64,000 nt of DNA. Origin: Moniliella sp. 'wahieum'. Taxonomy: Eukaryota. Both the position numbers and the translations under genes were made by a program. Positions within the stretch are counted from its first letter, which is position 1; each line of letters starts with the position of its first letter. Positions 24,661 through 36,061 of the stretch are shown one piece after another. The notes under the pieces are model-generated. The model was not told the origin of the DNA, did no database searches, and saw only the letters and a list, made by a program, of their open reading frames with translations. The stretch lies in NCBI GenBank assembly GCA_003971905.1, contig RSEE01000020.1, positions 1 to 64,000 on the forward strand, given 5' to 3'.

Positions 24661-27114
24661 CAGATGGCAAGGCACGGGGGCTCTCTGTAGCGGAGGGGGG
24701 AGGGGAGGAGTGGGATGTGCGTGTGACATGTGCATGTGAATGTGGTGTGTGATGCGTGGCAATATACAAACGATGGATAATGCCCTACACCCACAGTAAT
24801 CTCTACTCTTCCGCGTCGCTCAGGGCTGCTCAGGCGCTCAGGCCTCTAACCACCTCGACCCAATCGGTGGCAAACAGCAGCAAAATGCTCATGCAGCTCA
24901 TGCACATGGCGATTGCACATTCCACCCTTTGCCCCCTGCTCTCGATCCCACCCTTTGCCCTTCTTCTCCCGATTCCATGCAACATTCTGTTTTGTGAAGA
25001 ATCTCATTTAATACCGGCTACTCCCCGTCCAATATATCCACAAAATCGCCTTGTCGGGGTTTTAATAACCTTGCGGTTATATTGCGTTTTTGATGAAACG
25101 TATGTTGATGTTGGGACGTGATTTCCTTCAAGGGTTATGCTGTTACGTGGCGCTCGGGTTTTTATCTCCGGACACTGAGTCCTGTATGTCGTTTTGGCAT
25201 CTCTTCTAAACACACTTTCCAGTCCCGTTCGACTAGCGAGAGAGAGCCTGCGGACACATCCATGCTGCAGATATCATCAGCGGCCCGCCATGTTTGCTTG
25301 GCCAAGCTCATCGGTGCGATGCTTTGTGCTCATGGCGCCCACAGACTTGGCAGAACCTACTGTTACCTGCTAACCCTGATGCGCATCGTCAGCGCCGTTG
25401 AGTACGTCTTTACTTCACTGGAAAATTCCCCACATTATGCTTATATACCTGTCACATGTCATGAGGCAGTTTCCATCTGAATATGTTAGTAGCCTCTATT
25501 CGGGCTTGCTTGCTGTGGTGGCCTTATCGAACATCCTGTTTGTTAGAGGGTACTGCTAGGGTTCTCCTGCGCGGCCCTCAATGGATCGGTGACGCTCGCC
25601 TAGCCGAGCGGAAGCGTTCCGCTCGCAGGCCGCGCACGCCCTGCTCGCTCCATCTCCCTTCTCTCTCTCCTTTCTCCTTCCCTTCAGACGTTGCTTGAAG
25701 ACTTGTGCCTCACCACTTTGCCTTCACGCCTTGTCTGAAGGCTGCCTTGCAGCTGATCCATAGGATCGCGAGTGCTCCCAAGTCGCACTCTAGCACTGTT
25801 ACGCCTCTGTTACACCTGCTGCACCTGTTCACCTGTTCACCTTGTTACACCTGTCCCTGTTCCAACCTTTCCCCTTCTCCTCTCTCCCCCTTCCACCTAG
25901 CCAGGTTACTCTCACAGAAATACTAAGCGCTTTTGATCTTCATTAGGACTCCGTCTGATTCCGCCTATTACAGCGCGTTGAGTACTGAGTGTGGTAACGC
26001 GGTAACGCCCCTGGCCGTCTTACTCCGCAGAGTTCCTGGACCCCTTCAACTGGTCTGACGACCTACGTATGCTGCTCCCACCTCGGAGGGTCTGACCTTT
26101 GCACGCAGCAGCCATCTAAACTAGAGGGTCTCACCCTCGCATCTGCACCCTCGGTACGACCAGGATCGGAGGCCGGACATATCTTACGTGACTCCGATTG
26201 GCTGTCCAAGGTTTTTGGATCCCTAAACGACAGGTGTGGGTCCCACTTCTCGGGACTGATGATGCATCGCTATACTGTGGACCCAACAACAGGGGATGGA
26301 GCTTGGAGGTGGAACGTGTGGACCAAAGGTATTGTGAGGGACTCGGGTAGAAACAGGTTGCGCATAACCCGAAGGGATACATGAGGAGGTTACAACATCT
26401 ACAGAACGCGGGGAAAGGAGCTGAATCGACTGTTGCATGTTATTGCAGAGCAATAACCTGAATGCGACAAAGAAAAACACCAATGGTCATTAATTGAACG
26501 CCCGATGATCATCATCTGCATATCGTCATTGACAATCGTCTTCGCTATTCGCCACCTTTTTGCGTCAATACCTTTTGCGTCAATATACCTCGCTGCCTAC
26601 CCTACCACGACCGTGCCCTTCAAGCTTTTTAGCATACTGCTATGCAGTGTCTCTCGGCCTCTTTTGATACCGCGCCGGTGGCCGCGGCTGCGACGACCCA
26701 ACAGATGGCGGCGAGTCTTACTGACGGACGACGGAACTGGGGGTAGTACGTGGTGGCCATATAGTAAAGCTAGTGAAGCTTAAGCTTGAAGTGCCTAGTC
26801 GCCAGGCCACTCGCCCAGCCTGTCACATGTCACGCGGCGAATAGAGTTCCAGGTGCGGCAGGTTATCGATTACCTAATCGATAAGCAGCCGCTCCCCCCG
26901 TGCGATGCCGGCGGCCGCGGGCAGGTAGGCATGGCGCCGTGTGGGCAGGGCATGGAGCTGTGCGCTCGGCAGCCGCACGCACCCCCCACCACCCATCTGC
27001 CCCCGCCACCATCTCCCAGCCCGTCTCCGCCGCTCGCAGCCGCGCGATGATCGCCGCTGCTCGCCGCTGGTGATTCCCGCCGGCGTCTGCTTCTTCCCCA
27101 TCCACACCGCCGCC

Positions 27115-30100
27115 ATGCTGTCTGGGCTGCTTCGGCTGCTGCCCCCCTCCCCCTCCCCCTCCCCCTCCCCCTCCCCCTCCCCCTCCCACCACCCGCCTTC
27201 GACCTGCTCTACACGCGGCCCAAGTGTATGTCCACCCCACCCCCTATGCGCGCGACAATGTCCCCGGTGTTCTCGCCCTCCTCCGCGACACCACCGCCCC
27301 CCTTCCTGCCCACGCCCTCTGGCTCGCTTTCCTCCCCGAGGCTGCCCTGCCGCCGCGCGACGACGCCTTTGTCCATGTCCGCCCCGGCGCTCCCGCCGGA
27401 CTCGAGCTAGAGCTCGAGTCCGATGGCGACGCCACTGCCTGGCATGACGCGGTCCATGCTACCTTCATCTCCTTCTCCACATCTGCGTCTCGCGCCGAGG
27501 CTGCCCCCTCCTACGTCGATGCCCCCCTCCCTCTTCGCTCCCAGCACCGCCCCCTAGCCGGCCTGCCGCCACCGGCACGACCGATCGCGTTGCCTTGACA
27601 CTACCTTTACCCCCCGAACAGTATGCGTTCGCCTTCCCTCTTGCTGCTGTGCAGGGATTGGTGCTAGCAGCACCCACCTTTTCTCAGTGGTACGGCAGTA
27701 CGTGTCCTCTTCAAGTCGGACACGGACCCCTGCAACACATCGGTGCAGCTGCCGACCCTCTCTACCATGATGAGATCTGTCCGAACGGTCGACCTTGATC
27801 ACGAGTCCGAATTCGAGACCGATTCCGGCCACGCGCCTGGCATTAACCGACAACATCCATCTTCCGGAGGGCACACCGTGCCCCACACCATGCGTGCTGG
27901 CGCGAATCCTGTCATTGCTGCTGGGAGGGCCTCGGGATCCCCATCCTCTAGTTCCCATTCAGGATCTACCTTGAGTCGCACTTCTACTCCCGTCACTCAG
28001 CGCCCGTCCTCCTCGGATTCCAGTCCCCGCACCGACTTCCGACGCCAACATGGGGGGGGGATGAATTGGTGACGGTGATGCGGAAGTACACCAATGTCTT
28101 CCGATCCCTGCTCCAACCGGGACTTTTCTTACTCAGTCCAAGCCCCGAAATGATGGCCCATCATGGCAGTCCGTACTACGAGGCCGACGCCATCGATCGG
28201 CCGGCCCGCCGCACCGGTGTTTGGGGTCGCTTGACCGACCCAGGCTCCTCTCCCGGCCACCCTCTCCCTTCTCTGGGTAGTCCCAGCACTCCACCGAGGC
28301 TGACGAGCACGATGCTGGCCTGGACGATATCCATCGTCTTGACCCATACTTTTTATGGGAATCGACTCGATCGCTCGTCTTGACCCGTTTCGCTTCTCTG
28401 ACGCAATCGGCGCGGCAAGCATCGCAGCACGTCCTTGCCAAGTCCGCTGCACCAGGGCTCAGTAGATGCATTGCTCCCAACACCTTTGAACTCTGGCTTT
28501 TCCCTCCTTACCCCATCAGCGGCTCAGGATCACACTGATCCAGCGTCAGAAGGCGCGACAACCACGTTCGGATGGTTTGAGCGTCGTGCTTGACCAAGGG
28601 GATCGGCCCCGTTCATCTTCTCCTGTTCCAACAGCGGAGCATACCAGTTCGGCTGGTACATCTGCTCCGCTCCGTCGAGCCGCCAGTGCCTCTGGCTCCG
28701 TCTCAGACCCAGAGCACAGCCGAGCCCTCGGAAGGTCCGATGGGCCCAAAAGTGTTCGTACGCGGATGCGCGACTATCTGCATATCGGCCTCAGTCCCTT
28801 GACTAAGCCAGTCCAAACATTGGCCCAGGCGGGTCCGGTTCCAATGGGTCCTCTGACGGATGCGGAATGGGGTCGGATTTCGCAGCAAGGTGGTGTCGAA
28901 TTTGATTCGGCTCGCACGTATCTTACTCGCTGGGCGCGTTTGGTGGCCGTGCAGGAGCGGTGCCGTCGCACGGAAGAGGCAGGTGTCCCTCCAAGCACCA
29001 CAACTCCTGATACGAAGAATGAGTCAAGCACACCGTTGCCTCCTGGTGCTTCTGCTCCACTCCCCTCATCTTCGACAGACGAACCGCCTCCAGCTCCCGC
29101 TGATGAGGTCGATGAGGAGATCGGGCAACTGGGGGTATTCGAGCTGCTCGCCGTTGCCCGGATGTACCCCTACTCCCTTCTACGCGTGCCCACGATTCAC
29201 TTGGGCCCAATCTCGCTGGAGGAATGGGAAGGATGGTTTGAACCTCGCACGGTCGTCTTGCACGCCCTGTGCGCAGCGTCAAGCAAGCTATCTTCACCCG
29301 TGGCGTTGCCCCTGATCAAGTGGCAAACCCCCCAGGCCCGGCAAACGATTTGGCCTTTCTTACTGGGTGTGGTGGCTTGGGAAAGCACTCGGTGTGAGCG
29401 AGAGGAAGCATGGGAGAGCAAGCGCGAAGAGTACCAGCGGTTCAACGCTTTTGGGAACACGACCCCTGTCCTCCTTGCACGAGATGATGTGCTGGACCAG
29501 CGGAGTCAGATCCGAAAGGATTGTCTCCGCACCGACCGGGGCCACCCAATGTTTAGCTCGCAGGACAATTCCGATTCGAACAAACGGACGCATGGTGGTC
29601 CCTCCCTTTCTCCGGCACCAAAAGTCTTGTCGGCTAGCATCATTCAGAGAAGGAATGGGCGCATGCAGGCTCGTCAGGCAATCAGCACGTGGCCCGCTTG
29701 GGCGAAATCTTGTTGACGTATGGGTTTTGGGAAGCACACCAGGCCGCCTTGGAGCAAGCGCTGGCTGCTGGCGAGCCGCCGCCACGGTTGGACCCTCGGA
29801 CGTTTCGGTATCAGCCGTTGATGGAGACCAAACAGCGACAGTCGTTGGGGGGGTATGCGCAGGGCATGTCCGACCTATGTGCGCTGCTTTACATCGTCTG
29901 CCATGGGGACGAAGTGTTGACATTTTGGTGCTTTGTACACCTGATGCAACGCCTAGCACCCTCTTCTTTGCGGATCAGATTGCCATCGCGGGGCCGCTGC
30001 TCCGCCTGCAGCGCCTTCTGGCCCTTATGGATCCTGCGTTCTACGCCCACATTGAGCAGGCTGGCGGTCTCAGCTTATTCTTTGCCTATCGGATGTACAT

Positions 30101-31255
30101 TCCCCGAAGAGACACCGGTGATGACTGATCGATTGTGAATGGTGGGGATCAGATGGTTTCTTGTGGGCTTCCGGCGCGAATTCAGCGTACCCGACACGCT
30201 CAAGTTGTGGACTGTATGCTAGCCGCTGAGTTTACTCCTTTGTCTCGCACCCCCCGGCTCGGCCGTCTGTTGTTCCTGCTCCTCGGCCCATGCCGGAGCC
30301 AACGGACCGGTCCCGAGCCGATGGGGTCTCTTTTCTCTCTCGCGCCAGATCTGCTGGAGTTGAGCCAGGGGACCCATCCACCGCGCCCGACTCGAACGGG
30401 TCCACATCGTGGCATGTCCCTTTCCGCCCAGATCCCAAGCCCCTGACGCTCCCAACGCACCCGCCCCTCCCGCCAGCGCCCGAGCCGAGAGTGGGACTTA
30501 CAAGCGGGTTCAGCCTGTTTGTGGCGCTGGCCATCATGCAGTCGAAGCGTGAGGTGATCATGACCGAATTCTTTGACTTCGCCGATATTCTCGGCTACAT
30601 CAATGGCCTTCACCACAAACTCGACGTGGAGCAGATCATTGCTGCTGCCGAGAAGGCAGCGCGGGCTGCCAAAGTTCTCTTCCGCGTGCGGGATGTGGCC
30701 GAAGGAGATGGAGCGGAGGTCCTTACGCCTTCCTCTCCTCTGGATGAAGTGAGGTGCGGTGAATCCGGTGTCTCCATTTCTCGACAGAATCGGAGACGTT
30801 CGTCTGGTCGGATCTCCATGTCGTCTAGCAGCTTCCCGTGTTCCTGTCCCGTCTTGGTCCCGCTTGCCCGATCCTCCTCGGGTTCAGGATGGTCAAAACT
30901 GGGCTTGAGTGATCGCACCGGTGAGATTGAGGGTCACGCGCGGGCGGAAGATGGGCAAGCGGCCCTCGTTCCTCCCTCCCCCGTTACGGACGAGCGCGAG
31001 CGGGGTGGCGAGCTCGATTCATGTTCTCACCGGGTTTGGGCGGTGGACGAGGAAGATTTTGTGCTGGGCATGGACGAATTTTCGTCGTCGTTGGATCTAC
31101 CCGGCCCGCCCACCCTCCCGTGCGAAGCGGCAGTCGATGAGACAGAGGCGGAGGAAATGCGGGCGGCACAGGCGCTAGCTCGGTCTAAAGGGGCGCTACC
31201 GCTTTGCGCCCGCATTGCCGAGGCGGATGAGTTACTACGAGACTTGGTCCTATAA
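27115..31255 (+). CDS. GYP7: Rab GTPase-activating protein, TBC domain (Gyp7-like); frameshifted, intron ~30094-30152
   Basis: N-terminal LLYTR..VYVHPTPYARDNVPGVLAL typical of Gyp7; IWPFLLGV..W; IRKDCLRTDR; GYAQGMSDLC; FWCFVHLM; LFFAYR|WFLVGFRREF; FVALAIMQSKREVIM. Confidence 0.92.
27142..27187 (+). repeat. (CCCCCT)n microsatellite in the 5' end of GYP7 (Ser-Pro run)
   Basis: About seven tandem ccccct units. Confidence 0.9.
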
Positions 31256-31926
31256 CGAGCGTCTCTTATTGTGCGCCCCTTCCCCCCTCCCCACCTCGCA
31301 TCTTCTCCCTCCTTCCCCTTCCCATACTGTCTTGGGTACGCCTTTACGATCGCTGTTTTCGCACCCCCACCCCCTACCCACCCGACGCTCCAAGTTGTTG
31401 TCCTCATCTGTGCTCCTTTGTTTCCCCTACTACGTCTCTTTCCCCTTTTACCCCCCTCCCTTTTCCCCCTGCCCTGATAGTCCCTTCCCTCGCCCCGCTG
31501 CTACTCCAAGGCTGCTTCGTGTTGCCTGTCTCGATTTTTGTATAAATACGACCTGTCCACTTCTTTACGCTTTCCAACTGGCGCCGGGCGGAGCCTCCTA
31601 CTGTGCATAAGCGAAACGTACGTGTCGCTCTAAACAAGTTTTGCTCTAAAGGCTAGGCTCAAAAAGAGCGAGGTAGTGGAAAACATGGCTGATGCAATGG
31701 CAGGTCGATCGTCAGTGGTTAGTCGAAGACGGGGGGGATGGTATGGTGGCTAAACGAGACCACACGGGAAATCCCAGATGATGGCATAGCTGATACATGA
31801 TTTACATGAAAGGCTTTGTTTGGCTGGGCATGGTGTGGGCGCCCTCCATGGATGAATAAACAGTTGACGAACAATTCATACTGAGGGTTACACTCAGGAG
31901 ACAGATGGGGGGGGCTATGTACAATT

Positions 31927-32797
31927 TTAGGCCAAGCGAGCAAGATAAGCGTCCCATCCGGCCTGGCGGTAGCGCTGGGCCTCAAGCTTGACCTGCTCCA
32001 TCGCTTGCGCCTTTACCGTCTCATCAGCCCCAGCCTCGAGCGCCTTGAGCAGCGGGCCGTAAATGCCACGGCCAACGATCATCACGTCGGACTGGGACTC
32101 ACGCACGACTTGGTCGGGGGTACGGTATTGCTGGCCCAGTGCGTCGCCCGCGACCGCAAGATTGACCCCGGGGGTAATACCAAAAAGTCCTGCTGCTCAG
32201 CAGCCGGGATAGCGTGGGCGGCATAGTACGTTTGGTCTACCCGGCCCATCGCAATGAATCCGACAACAAAGCCAGTCGTGTCGTCCAAAGCGGCGGCCAC
32301 CTGGCGTCGTATAGGGCTCGGTGCACAGGTTGCCCTTGGAACTCATCTGGGCCAGCAAGAGGCAGGCGCGGCCCTTGGGAACGCCGGCCTTGGCGAGCCC
32401 AGCAATGATACCAGGTCCAGGGACGAGGTGGGCGTTGGTGAGGTGAGCCCAGTCGGCAATGCGGTAGACGCCCTGGCTGTACTGCATGGTCACCGTGTTT
32501 CCAATGTCGGCAAACTTGCGGTCCTCAAACAGCACCACGTCCAGCTCGGTACTGAGCCGCTCCAGCTCCGTCGCCAGCGACGGGTAAAGTCCGTGACAAT
32601 GTCAATGTGCGTCTTGACCATGCACACAACGGCGCAACAGCGCGGACGACCGCCAGCAGGTCCTCCGCCCGGGTCACGTCCACGCTCACGCACAAGTTGG
32701 ACTGCTTGCGCTCCATCGTCTCGAGGATGGAGCGCGCCGTGGGGTTGGAAAAGTGTTCTGCGCGCGCGCCATACGGTTGGGTGGGGAAGGTGGACAT
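31927..32797 (-). CDS. URA3: Orotidine-5'-phosphate decarboxylase (frameshifted)
   Basis: [65 protein letters not shown]. Confidence 0.97.
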
Positions 32798-33017
32798 GGG
32801 CAGGACTCGTGACGAAGGGAGGCGGTGGTGGTTAGGTGGTGGTGGTGCAAACGCAAGAACACCAGGGTATGTATGTAGGTGCCTCATGGCCAGAAAAGTC
32901 ACATGGCCAGAACATTTCCGCATATCGGTGCAACTGGGCCACCTGAACCACCGGGGCGTAAACGCGTAAACGCCCTAAATATTAAATCTCGCTAAAGTGC
33001 TTGTCCCGCGAATCGTC

Positions 33018-33045
33018 CTTGAAGCTTGAAGCTTGAAGCTTGAAG
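33018..33045. repeat. (CTTGAAG)4 array (AAGCTT palindrome) upstream of URA3
   Basis: cttgaagcttgaagcttgaagcttgaag. Confidence 0.95.
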
Positions 33046-33400
33046 TTTCAATAAGGCGCACGTGGGCAGGAACAAAGAACCAGCGCTTTCATGGGGAATC
33101 GATACCCTCGGCCGACATGGAATGGTGCCCCAATTCGGTACTAGCGACGGTCGAAAAGTCTTGGTGTGCTAGAAGAGATACGCAAGCTGGGCGACGGTGC
33201 GGCAGCGTGGTCCCGTCTTATGAGTCGGCGAAGCGGCAACAACCGTTTGTGCTCCGCTACGTTTGCAATTTGCCTACCTTAGGGTTATTGCAAAACGTAG
33301 GCGAAGGGACAGAGGAGGCCCCTCGCCTATCCTGAGCTCGCTCAACTACGTCCAGCGTTCGCTGGCAACTCCTTCCCCGTGGTCACAAATCGGGTGTTGG

Positions 33401-33570
33401 TGTCACAGTCGGGGCTAGGGTGAGGGAGACCAAAATCGGGACTAGGCCAATAACCCTAAGGGGAAGAAGCAAGAGCAGAGAACATGGTGCGAGTGGAAGA
33501 AACAGGGAAGGAGCGAGACGCTCGAGACGAAGAAATTGGACATGGGAGCGAGATCAGCCAAACCATGACA
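33401..33570. mobile_element. Short solo-LTR/TRIM-like element, 170 bp, TGTCA...TGACA termini, 5-bp target site duplication GTTGG
   Basis: gttgg|tgtcacagtcggggcta ... gagatcagccaaaccatgaca|gttgg; homologous copy at 45394-45588. Confidence 0.85.
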
Positions 33571-35059
33571 GTTGGGGCTGCCCTACACACCTACTCGAAA
33601 ATCTCTGCCGCTGATGCTCCCCGGATCCAGTGTGGACCCCCGTTTGGTATGACACTAGATGACTCTATAGACCTATTTGGGTCACACTATCGGCCTGGCT
33701 CACCGGCCCCGTCCTCCCATTGGCCCTCTGCTGAAGGAGGAGTAGAATGGAGGATGTGGTTCTGAGGAGATACATGAGGCTATGAGAAGGGTAGGGCCTT
33801 ATATAGCCGAGGATACCGCGGAGCTGAGGGAGCGCCCGGGCGGATAAGAGGAGTGATGCCTATCATATATCATGCAGGATGATGTGATTGGGGCATATCG
33901 CCCCGACACCATCCGCGGGAGCTGGACACAGACAACAGTTACAGAGAATGAGAGGGAAGGGCGTTGCCTGGCAGGTTAACGGTGGATTGACAAAGGATGT
34001 TGTACAAGGACGAAAGATGAGAGGAAGAGGCGAAATGTGGACGAGAAGACGAAATAGGCAAAAGCCCGCTAGGGGGAAAGGAGCATGGGTCAAAGGTTAT
34101 ACAGACAGTATCTATAATTGTATAGGGGATAGACAACACCATGAAGAAAGGAGAAATTAATCGAGATTAGTGGCTCCCACAGAAAGGAGCACAGGCCACC
34201 AAGTATTAGGGAAATGATCCCACATTCGGCCAGGCGGGAAATGAGAAAGGCGCCAGGAGAGAATCTCACTGCGAGAGAACGAGGTAGTGCACAGATCACA
34301 GGAAACTGAAGTCCAGATCCACGCGAGACGGGCAACCCGGATTTGGAAAGAAAGTGGAAGAGACGACTTTTGACGGGGAATCGGACCCACCATCTTCGGT
34401 ATTGTAGCCACGGATTTGCTTCTGACCAACACTGCACTATATTGATCCTGGGTGTGAGTGTCAATAGAGGAAGATTAACCATATATTGATTGACCTCCAA
34501 CAATCAGGAGGCTCAACTTTTGAAGAAGCTCACTTGCATCCACGACTAAAGACCAAACATAAAACGATGGGAACATGCTCCGTTTAGACAAACGGAGTGC
34601 ATGGGTTTGCTCTCAACTCTCAACGTTCAACGTTCAGACAAGCCATGTAGAAGACCAGAGGACAGGCAGTTGGTAGTGAATTGCATTTTGCACATGAGCT
34701 ACAGAGGCTAGAGAATATTCCTGCCAGCCAGGAAGGAATATTGCACGGAACAAACCAGAAGGTTCCGGACTTGGGCTACCGGCGCCACTACACCAGTGTG
34801 GCGTCACAAGCCAACCTAGTCTTGACGTAGTATTAACGCCCAGGAAGAGCTCAAAGAGCAGCAAATGGGAATGGTGGTCGATGGAGATCAAATTGCTAAG
34901 GCGGTGGCGAATCCAAGTCATCATGGAGTCGGAAACGCCACGTCAGAAAACATCACACGCGCATCACACATGATGTCACTCGGAAGTGACCTTGGCCATA
35001 AATGACCAGAGGTCAACAGACCCATAATCCAGGCAAGGCAGGAGGGAATGGGAGAGGAT

Positions 35060-35890
35060 GGGCTCGGCCACCTCGGCCACCTCGGCCATTGCCTGGGACA
35101 TGTGGCACGTGTCATGTGACAGAAGCCACTGGCTACGCCTGTGTGGCATGCGACGCGTGACGTATAGACGAGAAGCCGCGCGGCCGGAAGACGATCGATG
35201 ATCGATGATCAATATTGAGATGCAGGCCGCGGCCTACCGCGGACGGAGGTCTAGTAGGGCAGAGTTAGAGCCTACCGGCCCTAATTTGTTGACCGGTGCC
35301 GGTGATTCCGGTGACTAGTGACTAGTGACTACTGAACGTGAACGTGAACGTTGAACGTTGCACGTAACTGAGCGGACTGAACCAGTGTTCATCGATCATC
35401 GAGCAGATCTAGAAAGAATGGGAAACGAAGGGCGATCGCCAGCATATGTCCGGCGGACATTACTGAGAGGGTGTTAGTTTTCAGTATCGGGGGTGCTTCT
35501 CAGCAGTAGTACACTGCCCTGGTGCCTCTGGCCAAGACCAACCGTGGTAACTAGAACTAGTACCTAGCAGGTCGTTACCTTAGGGTTAGGCCTGCTATTA
35601 GATCTTCACGCTTCAACCAACTAGTCTCTGGTCGCCGTCACGCGTGACGCCTGAGGCTGAGGAGGATGCCGCGGCTTTTGATATCTGAAACTGGCCGGGT
35701 GCCCGCTAGCCACACTCTCCAAACTCCGGACCCCGGCTTCAAGCCCGCGGCCGAAGACTAGCAGCAAAACCCTAGGCCCAGTGTTGAAGCTTCAAACGCC
35801 ACGCTCTGCCACGCTCTCACTGTGTGACATGAGTAATCGAATCGAGAATCATTAATCGATAGTCATCGCGCGCCTAGTCATCGATCATCC
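35060..35890. repeat. Dense mosaic of palindromic heptamer arrays upstream of the PDR transporter
   Basis: gatcgatgatcgatgatc 35193-35210; (gtgacta)3 35311-35331; tgaacgttgaacgttg ~35345-35360; also accggt, acgcgt, aagctt and attaat units. Confidence 0.85.
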
Positions 35891-36061
35891 TGTCTGATTT
35901 TCAGCTGCATCTTCGGTATCGTGTACGATCAGGCCCGGCCATCTGGTCCGTATCCTCCAACAAATACTTATTATCCAATCCAACGCAACCTGAACCTTCC
36001 CACACCCTCCTCCGTGCCCTCTCCTTCACCACCTCCTTCTTCCTGCGGGACTCTGTGCGCA

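Noticed and set aside
31927..32797. URA3 as a pseudogene or an inserted selection marker
   Set aside because: Frameshift density matches all neighbouring genes, composition is native and there are no vector flanks
33600..34450. Possible further LTR remnants (reverse tgtcggggc end at ~33908, TATA-like tatata)
   Set aside because: Boundaries and TSD could not be defined and there is no transposon coding similarity
200..35400. Arrays resembling restriction sites (HindIII, SpeI, StuI, ClaI) as a cloning polylinker or CRISPR array
   Set aside because: They are dispersed, degenerate and embedded in native intergenic DNA, with no vector backbone, no repeat-spacer structure and no cas genes
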